Positions 46,896 through 54,803 of a DNA stretch of 64,000 bases are shown one piece after another. The stretch spans positions 682,308-746,307 of the forward strand of contig CAVPLQ010000008.1 in assembly GCA_963706125.1 (NCBI GenBank), written 5' to 3'. Positions within the stretch are counted from its first letter, which is position 1; the number at the start of each line of letters is the position of its first letter. Source of the stretch: an uncultured Flavobacteriales bacterium. GTDB taxonomy: Bacteria > Bacteroidota > Bacteroidia > Flavobacteriales_F > PHOS-HE28. The translations under genes were made by a program, and so were the position numbers. The notes beneath the pieces were generated by a model. The model was given only the letters and a program-made list of their open reading frames with translations. It had not been told where the DNA came from and did no database searches.

Positions 46896-47289
46896 GGGGC
46901 CGACATGGTTTCGACAGCGGCTACGTGGTGCGTGTAAGCATGCAGAGCGGTGGGGAACGGCTCTTCAAAACGATCTCCAAGCCCTAACAGGCAACACTGA
47001 GTACGCACTTGCTGCTTAATAGCCCAAGGCTATGAAGCTTTACCCCGTGAACAACAGTAGCGGGGGCAAGTATCCTTCGGGGAGGCCCGCAACCCTCCTT
47101 CCCGGCCCAAGGATATCATCATGGGAAGCTGGTCAGCGCGGTGGTCCGTAGCGCTGATGAGACAACAGGACCTAAGCTGTCAGTAGGGTGTCCTTCCCCG
47201 GCTGACTTTCGAAAACCAACGGAGGAAGAAGCATGTGGAAAGCTCGTGTTGCGGTCGTTTGGACGAGGGTTCGAATCCCTCCGGCTCCA
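46896..47289 (+). ncRNA. ssrA: tmRNA (ssrA)
   Basis: 5' end GGGGCCGACATGGTTTCGACAGCGG matches the tmRNA consensus GGGGCUGAUUCUGGAUUCGAC. Tag reading frame ..GGC AAC ACT GAG TAC GCA CTT GCT GCT TAA TAG (46990-47022) encodes (..)GNTEYALAA**. 3' tRNA-like T-arm GGACGAGGGTTCGAATCCCTC and acceptor strand CGGCTCC pair with the 5' GGGGCCG; discriminator A; CCA not encoded. Confidence 0.85.
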
Positions 47290-47386
47290 CAGGAGATGGA
47301 GTGGTGACGCGAAAGCGGCACCGCTTCGCGAAGCGAAGTATTCGGGGTTTACCCCGGGCGTAGCCCCGGGGGATTCCTCCGGCTCC

Positions 47387-47428
47387 GCCAATGCAAAAGC
47401 CCGCCATCCGGCGGGCTTTTGCATTGGC
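47387..47428. terminator. long perfect hairpin downstream of ssrA
   Basis: GCCAATGCAAAAGCCCGCC-atcc-GGCGGGCTTTTGCATTGGC (19-bp stem). Confidence 0.65.
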
Positions 47429-47467
47429 GGCAACGTCTCCTCTGGTGGCTTGGCCAACGCATTTCAC

Positions 47468-48031
47468 CTAAAACCCGATGCCCACACCGCCGCTCAAGAT
47501 CGGTCCTTGGCCATAGTGCATGCTGTTGGGGTCCTGAAGCACCTCGAACAGTACTTGCAGATAGAATGAACTTCTGCCGCCGATCGGTTGCACATAGCCT
47601 GCCCCAAGCAATAGGTGAGGCACCCAAATGCGAACGAGCTGGTTTTCGAAGTTATAGTAGGCGGTATTCATATGTAGGAATTCCGCATGCAGGTAAGCTT
47701 GCGGGATCACCCGGTACCGAGCGAAGGTCCGGTAGCCGTATAGGCTAAGTTCAAGAGGAGGCGCAGATCGGTTGTCCCGGTAGTAAGTATAGCTGGGGCC
47801 GAGGCCTACCGACAGCTTGCGTGGCCGGTCCAAATAGATGCCCACGATCGGGTCCAACTGCACGGCGGTCACCGTGCCGAAGCTGAGGCCGATCCCGCCA
47901 CCGAACCAGATCCGGTCCTTGAACGGGACGGGCTTCTTCTGCGGCTTCTCGGAAACGTATGCCGTGCTGTCCTGTGCATAGGCTGCTTGCAGCGAAAAAG
48001 CGATCAAGATCAGGGAGAGCAAATGCCGCAT
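47468..48031 (-). CDS. small outer-membrane beta-barrel protein (hypothetical)
   Basis: 187 aa with signal peptide MRHLLSLILIAFSLQAAYAQ, alternating aromatic beta-strands, C-terminal ..GVGIGF. Confidence 0.5.
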   Translation of the reverse strand: MRHLLSLILIAFSLQAAYAQDSTAYVSEKPQKKPVPFKDRIWFGGGIGLSFGTVTAVQLDPIVGIYLDRPRKLSVGLGPSYTYYRDNRSAPPLELSLYGYRTFARYRVIPQAYLHAEFLHMNTAYYNFENQLVRIWVPHLLLGAGYVQPIGGRSSFYLQVLFEVLQDPNSMHYGQGPILSGGVGIGF

Positions 48032-48118
48032 GGTGACGAAGGTACGTGGGCTGTGCGAGGTCTGCGCGGTGGTCCTATCTTTCTTCCTCGTTCCGGAATG
48101 GGGATGAAGTTGTCATGG

Positions 48119-49582
48119 TCATCGCTCTTCGAACAAAACCCATACTGGCTTCGCGTTCTCCCATGCGTACCACCGCAAGGCCTGCACTTTCCACCAAGGT
48201 AGCGTGGTCATTTTCTGTTGCCATTCCCGCGTGCCGGCTTTTTCGCAATGCCTGAGACCCGGACCGGCAACAAGGAGTTCAACGCCCGTGCCACGAACGG
48301 TAAGCAGTGGACAGGGGTCGGTGATCATGCTGTCCGTGGTGGTTGCGGACAGGTAGAAGGAGGGGATGCGGATGTCCCAAATGTTGGTCTCATCAGCGAG
48401 GTAGTTGATACGGACTGACCTACCCCGATAGTCCCCTTCTATGCATTTGGCCAAGGTTGTCCGGCCGGCACCGGCGGGAGAAGTGGAGACAATGGCAAGG
48501 GCCAGGCAGTTCACCGCGAGGATCAGCATGACCGAGACACGCAGCACCGGTTTCAACGATGGCCGGGCAACTTCTTGTAGATCTTGCCAGGTCAATACCA
48601 ACATGAGCGGTACAAAGTCCACCAAGGGAAAGAGGAAGCGGAGTTCCTTGTGCGGGATCACCATCAACAGGAAGAGGTAGGGCCAGATGCACCAGACGAT
48701 GAAGGACCGGGGCCGCTTGATCGTGGTCCAGACCAGGGCAGTGAGTATTGCCACCCCGATCGGCCATGAGGCGTATTTGGCGGTCCAGGCGAAGTAGTAC
48801 CACCAAGGGAAAATTTCCACCACGTTCGGCAATGGCCGGATACGGAGGATGCTCTGGGTGTTCAAGTGCAGGTAATTCCAGAATGACCAAGTGAACTCTT
48901 GATAGAACCAAGAGTCGGCAGCCAAGCCGATGACGGTGGCCAGAACCAAGCCCATTGTAAACCTCGCGGCCGCAACCGTGCGTCCGCCCCGGGCAGGCAA
49001 AAAGGAGATCATTGCGAATGCGCACACCAGCAGCATCACCGGTTTGATGAAAATGCTTAGGCCGAGACAAAGGCCCGCGACGGTCCATGTCCATCGGCCC
49101 TGTGGCGAGCGCAATAACTCCGCGATGCCCAGCAGTAGCAGAAGCCCCGCCCAGGTCTCGCTGGAGAACCGGACGTGCTGATAGGGCAGGAACCAGATGA
49201 AGAAGGAAAGAAAGAGAAAAGCGGGGCGGAACGGTTCCTTCACCAAGTGCCAGGCACTGCCCACGAAGCGCTTCACGATGGCCAGCGCCACGATCGCAGT
49301 TAATGCGCGGAGCAGGAAAGCGAGCAGGAAAGGGGAGGATGCCCCGGCGGCTTTTGCGGTCGTGAACACTGCAACACAAAGCGTCGGCAGCAGCCCTGAT
49401 CGCATGCGGTCGGCATATTCCCAAGCTAATTGGTCCTTCGGGATCTCGCCCATGCGCGCTTGGGCGAACTCGATGATCTGGTAATGCTCGTCCGCCGCGT
49501 AGTAGCCCGTACTGAACCACGCCGTGATCAAGTGGACGACCACGGCCACGATAAAGATCCAACGTGTGCGTGAGAGGCGCAT
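48119..49582 (-). CDS. GT22-family (Alg9/PIG-B-like) membrane mannosyltransferase
   Basis: 487 aa from ATG at 49580-49582, polytopic membrane protein. Conserved ..VIPHKELRFLFP.. (HKExRF) motif of GT22 mannosyltransferases. Confidence 0.65.
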   Translation of the reverse strand: MRLSRTRWIFIVAVVVHLITAWFSTGYYAADEHYQIIEFAQARMGEIPKDQLAWEYADRMRSGLLPTLCVAVFTTAKAAGASSPFLLAFLLRALTAIVALAIVKRFVGSAWHLVKEPFRPAFLFLSFFIWFLPYQHVRFSSETWAGLLLLLGIAELLRSPQGRWTWTVAGLCLGLSIFIKPVMLLVCAFAMISFLPARGGRTVAAARFTMGLVLATVIGLAADSWFYQEFTWSFWNYLHLNTQSILRIRPLPNVVEIFPWWYYFAWTAKYASWPIGVAILTALVWTTIKRPRSFIVWCIWPYLFLLMVIPHKELRFLFPLVDFVPLMLVLTWQDLQEVARPSLKPVLRVSVMLILAVNCLALAIVSTSPAGAGRTTLAKCIEGDYRGRSVRINYLADETNIWDIRIPSFYLSATTTDSMITDPCPLLTVRGTGVELLVAGPGLRHCEKAGTREWQQKMTTLPWWKVQALRWYAWENAKPVWVLFEER

Positions 49583-49626
49583 GCCCCGCGAAGATGAGGC
49601 GATCCAGTCTTTGGAGCGGTTTAGGC

Positions 49627-50037
49627 TCAGGTGCGCACGCGTTCCATCATCCGGTCCGGATGCGCCAGCGCGGAGAAGCCGAGCTTCGCATAAAGCCCAT
49701 GAGCATCCCGGGTGGCGAGCCGGACCGTGGGAACGGATGCCAGGTCCGGATGGTCCAATACCTGCCGTAGGAACCATACACCGTATCCGTGTTTCCTATG
49801 TTCCTCCGCAATGAACACGTCCATCAGGTATGCAAAAGCCACACGGTCGGAAAGGACACGGGCGTAGCCGATCTGCTTTTCATGGAGAAAGAGCCCGAAG
49901 TTCAACGAATGCTCCATGGACCCACGGACCTCTTCCTCGGAACGACCTTTCGCCCAATAGCTCTGTGCAAGGAATGCATGGATGAAGGGGATGTCCATTT
50001 CCCCCGTTTCAGTGACGATGTGCATACCTTGGGTCAC
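49627..50037 (-). CDS. GNAT-family N-acetyltransferase
   Basis: 136 aa, acetyl-CoA-binding motif ..EEHRKHGYGVWFLRQVL.. Its stop overlaps the start of the GT22 gene region. Confidence 0.7.
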   Translation of the reverse strand: MTQGMHIVTETGEMDIPFIHAFLAQSYWAKGRSEEEVRGSMEHSLNFGLFLHEKQIGYARVLSDRVAFAYLMDVFIAEEHRKHGYGVWFLRQVLDHPDLASVPTVRLATRDAHGLYAKLGFSALAHPDRMMERVRT

Positions 50038-50122
50038 GGGACCTGCTCTTCAAGCACGCCGGTGGCCAACTTGCTACCCAGGTTCATCTGGAGAAATCGG
50101 GGTCGATCCGCATCCTTACTCC

Positions 50123-51346
50123 TCACTTCATCCCACGCTCCAGTCCTTCGCGCAGTGCCGCCATAAAGGCCTCGCTGGTGAGGTAATGGTCCGGTGTGGC
50201 CTTGCTGCCGTGGATGCAGACCGCGAGGTCCTTGGTCATTTTGCCGGCCTCCACGGTCTGGATGCAGACGGCTTCGAGCTTGTGGGCGAATTCCACGAGG
50301 GCTTGGTTGCCGTCCAGCTTGCCACGGAAGGCGAGGCCGCGGGTCCAGGCGAAGATGCTCGCGATGGGGTTGGTGCTGGTGGGCTTGCCCTGCTCGTGCT
50401 GGCGGAAGTGGCGCGTTACGGTGCCGTGGGCTGCCTCGGCCTCCATGGTCTTTCCGTCGGGCGTCATCAGTACACTGGTCATCAGGCCCAGCGAGCCGAA
50501 GCCCTGTGCCACGATGTCGCTTTGCACGTCGCCGTCGTAGTTCTTGCAGGCCCAGATGAATCCTCCGCTCCACTTCATCGCTGCGGCCACCATATCGTCG
50601 ATCAAGCGGTGCTCGTAGGTAATGCCCGCCTTGCCGAAGTCGGCCTTGTAGTGCTTCTGGAAGATCTCCTCGAAGATGTCCTTGAAGCGTCCGTCGTACT
50701 TCTTCAGGATGGTGTTCTTCGTGCTCAGGTACAGCGGCCACTTCTTCTCCAACGCGAGGTTGAAGCAGCTATGCGCGAAGCCCTCGATGCTCTCGTCGGT
50801 GTTGTACATGCTCATGGCCACACCATCGCCCTTGAAATCGTACACGTTCCAAGTGGTGGCCTCGCCTTCTTCCGGGGTGAAAGTCATGGTGAGCTTTCCC
50901 TTGCCTTTGATCACGGCATCGGTGGCCTTGTATTGGTCTCCGAAAGCATGGCGGCCGATCACGATGGGCTTGGTCCATCCGGGTACCAGGCGTGGGATGT
51001 TATTGATCACGATAGGTTCTCGGAACACGGTGCCGCCTAGGATGTTGCGGATGGTGCCGTTGGGGCTCTTCCACATCTGCTTCAGGCCGAACTCCTTTAC
51101 GCGTGCCTCGTCCGGGGTGATGGTGGCGCACTTGATGCCCACGTGATGCTTCTGGATCGCATGTGCGGCATCCACGGTCACTTGATCGTTGGTCTCGTCG
51201 CGATGGTTAATGCCAAGATCATAGTAGTCCAAGGGCACGTCCACGTATGGCAGGATCAGTTGGTCCTTGATCCACTTCCAGATGATGCGCGTCATCTCGT
51301 CACCATCGATCTCCACTACAGGGTTCGCCACCTTGATCTTCTGCAT
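50123..51346 (-). CDS. icd: NADP-dependent isocitrate dehydrogenase (eukaryote-like, about 407 aa subfamily)
   Basis: [46 protein letters not shown]..; full-length match to IDH1-type enzymes. Confidence 0.9.
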   Translation of the reverse strand: MQKIKVANPVVEIDGDEMTRIIWKWIKDQLILPYVDVPLDYYDLGINHRDETNDQVTVDAAHAIQKHHVGIKCATITPDEARVKEFGLKQMWKSPNGTIRNILGGTVFREPIVINNIPRLVPGWTKPIVIGRHAFGDQYKATDAVIKGKGKLTMTFTPEEGEATTWNVYDFKGDGVAMSMYNTDESIEGFAHSCFNLALEKKWPLYLSTKNTILKKYDGRFKDIFEEIFQKHYKADFGKAGITYEHRLIDDMVAAAMKWSGGFIWACKNYDGDVQSDIVAQGFGSLGLMTSVLMTPDGKTMEAEAAHGTVTRHFRQHEQGKPTSTNPIASIFAWTRGLAFRGKLDGNQALVEFAHKLEAVCIQTVEAGKMTKDLAVCIHGSKATPDHYLTSEAFMAALREGLERGMK

Positions 51347-51479
51347 GCTTTCGCTATTGACTTGTTTTACGGGCCGCGAAGGTATCGCGCCGCGTTGAAC
51401 CCGCGAATGGTGATCAGTGAGTAGTGATCGGACGACCGGACTCCCGGCTCAGGACTCAAGACAATAGGACTCTTCGAAA

Positions 51480-53255
51480 CTACCCGAGGTCCAGATCAAG
51501 ATCCTCCCGGAGCTTCAACAAAGCGGGATTTTTCTCCGCCATGATCATGAAGCGGTCCTTCGCGGTGTAGCGGGGACGCAGGTCTTTCGCTTCCTGCTTG
51601 GTCACTTCCAGTTCCAGACCGGGGACCCCCATTTCGCGCCGCAGATGCCCGAGCAAGGCGGACTTTTCCTCCTTCATGTAGTTCTCCTGCACAGTGTTCA
51701 CGATGGTGAAGGAGATGGACTGTGGCCCGGTGATCACGGGTTTGTTGGCGATCAGCGTGGCATGCATGCTGCTTTTTCCTTGTTGCTTCAAGGCCTTGGC
51801 ATGATCGCCCCAGGTCTTTAGCAGCAAAGCCTGGTTCAGCTCCCGGGTGGGTCCGGCAGGGCTTTTCCCCATCGGTTGATCACCGGGGTGGTCTGCCAGG
51901 TCCGTTCCGGCCATGGTTTCGGCAGGGGAGTCCAGATGCTGCCGGATCGAGACCGCGCCGGCCATGCGCCTGGAGGGACGATCCGGTGCCGAAGTGACCG
52001 GCACTGCGGGAGCGGGCCTTTCGGCAGGTTCAGGCTTCGGCTCCGCAACGGTCGTAGCCGCTGGTGCCGTCGGGCGCACCGTGGCCGTGGTCTTGGTCAG
52101 GTCAGGGCTTTTTTTTTCCAGCGCCACGGCAGGCCGTTGAGCCGTCGGGGCGGTCGCTGTGCGGTCGCCATGATGGGCCAACTGGATCAGTGCCAACTCC
52201 ACCAGCAGCCGTGGTTCCTTGCTGTTCTTGTACTGCGAATCCACTTGCCCGAGACGGTCCAGCCCCTGCACCAGCAGTTCCCGTGGTACCGCTTGTGCCT
52301 GTTCGGCGTAGCGTGTGCCAAGCTCCTCGCTCACCTCCAGAAGTGGAATGGTCCGGGGATCTTGGCTCACCAGCAGATCGCGGAAGTGACGTGCAAGACC
52401 GGCTACAAAGAGATGGCCGTCGAAGCCTTGGAAAAGGATGTCGTTGAAGATCACGAGCGCATCGGCGGGATCGGCCTTCACCAAGCTATCGGTGATGTTG
52501 AAGTAGTGCTCATGGTCCAGTACGTTCAGGTTCTTCAACACGTCCGCATAGGTGAGCTGGTTCCCACCAAAACTGACGAGTTGGTCGAAGATGCTGAGCG
52601 CGTCGCGCAGCCCGCCGTCGGCTTTCTGCGCGATGGTGTGCAGGGCCTGGGCCTCGGCGGTGATGCCTTCTTTTTTGGCGATGCCGGCCAAGTGCTTGGC
52701 GATGTCCGACACGGTGATCCGCCGGAAATCGAACACCTGGCAACGGGAAAGGATCGTGGGGATGATCTTATGCTTTTCGGTGGTGGCCAATATGAAGATG
52801 GCGTAGGAGGGAGGTTCCTCCAAGGTCTTCAGGAAGGCGTTGAAGGCCTGTGGGCTGAGCATGTGTACCTCATCGATGATGTACACTTTCTTCGTTCCGA
52901 CCTGCGGGGCTATTTGCACCTGTTGGATCAGGTTGCGGATGTCGTCCACACTGTTGTTGCTGGCGGCATCCAGCTCGAAGATGTTCAGCGAGTGGCCTTC
53001 CTTGAAGGTCATGCAGGATTTGCACTCGCCACAGGTGCTGAGGTCCTCGTTGAGGTTCTCGCAGTTGATCGTGCGGGCAAGGATGCGCGCGCAGGTGGTC
53101 TTTCCCACGCCGCGCGGGCCGGTAAAGAGGAAGGCCTGGGCCACATGGTCCGTGCGGACGGCGTTCTTCAGCGTGCCGGTGACATGCTCCTGCCCCACGA
53201 CGGAATCGAAGGTGACGGGGCGGTATTTCCGGGCGCTGACTACGTATCGATCCAT
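51480..53255 (-). CDS. dnaX: DNA polymerase III subunits gamma/tau
   Basis: 591 aa from ATG at 53253-53255 (MDRYVVSARKYRPVTFDSVVGQEHV..GPRGVGKTTCARILA..). AAA+ clamp-loader core, zinc module CGECKSC, Pro/Ala-rich tau linker, C-terminal domain. Confidence 0.85.
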   Translation of the reverse strand: MDRYVVSARKYRPVTFDSVVGQEHVTGTLKNAVRTDHVAQAFLFTGPRGVGKTTCARILARTINCENLNEDLSTCGECKSCMTFKEGHSLNIFELDAASNNSVDDIRNLIQQVQIAPQVGTKKVYIIDEVHMLSPQAFNAFLKTLEEPPSYAIFILATTEKHKIIPTILSRCQVFDFRRITVSDIAKHLAGIAKKEGITAEAQALHTIAQKADGGLRDALSIFDQLVSFGGNQLTYADVLKNLNVLDHEHYFNITDSLVKADPADALVIFNDILFQGFDGHLFVAGLARHFRDLLVSQDPRTIPLLEVSEELGTRYAEQAQAVPRELLVQGLDRLGQVDSQYKNSKEPRLLVELALIQLAHHGDRTATAPTAQRPAVALEKKSPDLTKTTATVRPTAPAATTVAEPKPEPAERPAPAVPVTSAPDRPSRRMAGAVSIRQHLDSPAETMAGTDLADHPGDQPMGKSPAGPTRELNQALLLKTWGDHAKALKQQGKSSMHATLIANKPVITGPQSISFTIVNTVQENYMKEEKSALLGHLRREMGVPGLELEVTKQEAKDLRPRYTAKDRFMIMAEKNPALLKLREDLDLDLG

Positions 53256-53451
53256 GGGCGGGGCTAAGATAGGAGTCTTGAACTTCGTTGATCTCCTAGA
53301 AGCTGACAGCCACAAGCCCTAAGCTGCAAGCTTGAGGCTTATGGCTTGCGGCTGTGGCACCCGGAGCAAGGGCGATCCACCTTTTCTGGCCCAGATATGT
53401 ATCATTCCGACCAAAACCCTACATTTGCACCCCAAATTTACCAAGAGTCAC

Positions 53452-53832
53452 ATGACCAACCGGTACGAAACCGTCTTCATTTTAACTCCCGTTTTGTCTG
53501 AGGACCAGGCAAAGGAGGCGGTAACCAAATTCAAAGACCTTCTGAAAGAGGGCAATGGCAAGGTCCGCCATGAAGAGAACTGGGGGATGCGCAAGCTCGC
53601 CTATCCCATCCAGAAGAAGTCCACGGGCTTCTACCACCTGATCGAGTTCGAGAGCGACCCTTCGCTCATCGCCAAGCTCGAGACCGAATACCGCCGCGAC
53701 GAACGGGTGATCCGTTTCCTCACGGTGGCCATGGACAAGCACCACATCGCATTCGCCGAAAGCCGTCCCGCAAGGGGAGGTAAGGAGGCCAGCGAAGGTC
53801 GCGCACCCCGTAAGAAGAAAGAAAACGCCTGA
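53452..53832 (+). CDS. rpsF: 30S ribosomal protein S6
   Basis: [39 protein letters not shown].. with acidic/basic tail. A TAnnTTTG-type Bacteroidota -7 element TACATTTG lies at 53420-53427. Confidence 0.85.
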   Translation: MTNRYETVFILTPVLSEDQAKEAVTKFKDLLKEGNGKVRHEENWGMRKLAYPIQKKSTGFYHLIEFESDPSLIAKLETEYRRDERVIRFLTVAMDKHHIAFAESRPARGGKEASEGRAPRKKKENA

Positions 53833-53843
53833 TCCCAACGGAA

Positions 53844-54173
53844 ATGAGCGAAGCAACGACCACTTCCGCCGCCCCGGCATCCACGCCGGCCCCCGCTAAG
53901 ACGGGTGGAGGCGCCAGCAATGAGATCCGCTACCTCACGCCGATCTCCATCGAGACCAAGAAGGACAAGTACTGCCGCTTCAAGAAGCTCGGTATCACCT
54001 ACATCGATTACAAGGACGCGGACTTCCTGCTGCGCTTGGTGAACGAGCAGGGCAAGATCCTGCCCCGCCGCCTCACCGGCACCAGCCAGAAGTATCAGAA
54101 GCGCGTGGCACAGGCCGTCAAACGCAGCCGCCACCTCGCACTGATGCCGTACGTGGCCGATATGCTCAAGTAA
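53844..54173 (+). CDS. rpsR: 30S ribosomal protein S18
   Basis: ..[76 protein letters not shown].. with an Ala/Thr/Pro-rich N-terminal extension. Confidence 0.85.
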   Translation: MSEATTTSAAPASTPAPAKTGGGASNEIRYLTPISIETKKDKYCRFKKLGITYIDYKDADFLLRLVNEQGKILPRRLTGTSQKYQKRVAQAVKRSRHLALMPYVADMLK

Positions 54174-54185
54174 GAACGCACGACC

Positions 54186-54632
54186 ATGGAAGTGATCCTC
54201 AAACAAGACGTCGAGCACCTCGGTTTCGCCAACGACCTGGTGAAAGTGAAGGACGGCTACGCACGCAATTTCCTGCTTCCCCGTAAGCTGGCCGTGGCCG
54301 CCACCCCCAGCGAACGCAAGCAGCTCACAGAGACGCTGAAGCAGCGCGCCCACAAGGAGACCAAGCTGCGCGACGAGGCTGATAAGAACGCATCCAAGCT
54401 CATCGACCAGACCATCAAGATCGGTGCGAAGGTGGGCGAGAAGGGACGCATTTTCGGCAGCGTCAACACCATCATGCTCAGCGACGCCTTCAAGCAGCTC
54501 GGTATCGATCTGGACCGCAAGTACATCAAGCTGAAAGGCGAAGCTATCAAGACCATCGGAACCTATGAGGCCGAGGTGACCTTCCACCGCGACGTGGTGA
54601 AGACCATCCCCTTCGAGGTGGTGGAGGAGTGA
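54186..54632 (+). CDS. rplI: 50S ribosomal protein L9
   Basis: MEVILKQDVEHLGFANDLVKVKDGYARNFLLPRKLA.. 148 aa. Confidence 0.9.
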   Translation: MEVILKQDVEHLGFANDLVKVKDGYARNFLLPRKLAVAATPSERKQLTETLKQRAHKETKLRDEADKNASKLIDQTIKIGAKVGEKGRIFGSVNTIMLSDAFKQLGIDLDRKYIKLKGEAIKTIGTYEAEVTFHRDVVKTIPFEVVEE

Positions 54633-54646
54633 GCCTGTAGCTAACG

Positions 54647-54690
54647 CAATGAAAAGGGCCATCTCGGAATGAGACGGCCCTTTTTCGTTG
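54647..54690. terminator. rho-independent terminator after rplI
   Basis: aaaaGGGCCATCTCggaatGAGACGGCCCtttttcg (one mismatch in a 10-bp stem, T5 tail). Confidence 0.7.
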
Positions 54691-54803
54691 AAGTCATTCC
54701 GCGTGTGCAAGGCCATGGAATTGACCATGGATGTCCTGCCGTACAGAAGGACGCTGAACTTTGTCAGTGGGTCGAGGCTGCGGTACACCGACATTCGCAG
54801 GCT

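Noticed and set aside
51876-53267. 463-aa + strand ORF
   Set aside because: Antisense to dnaX.
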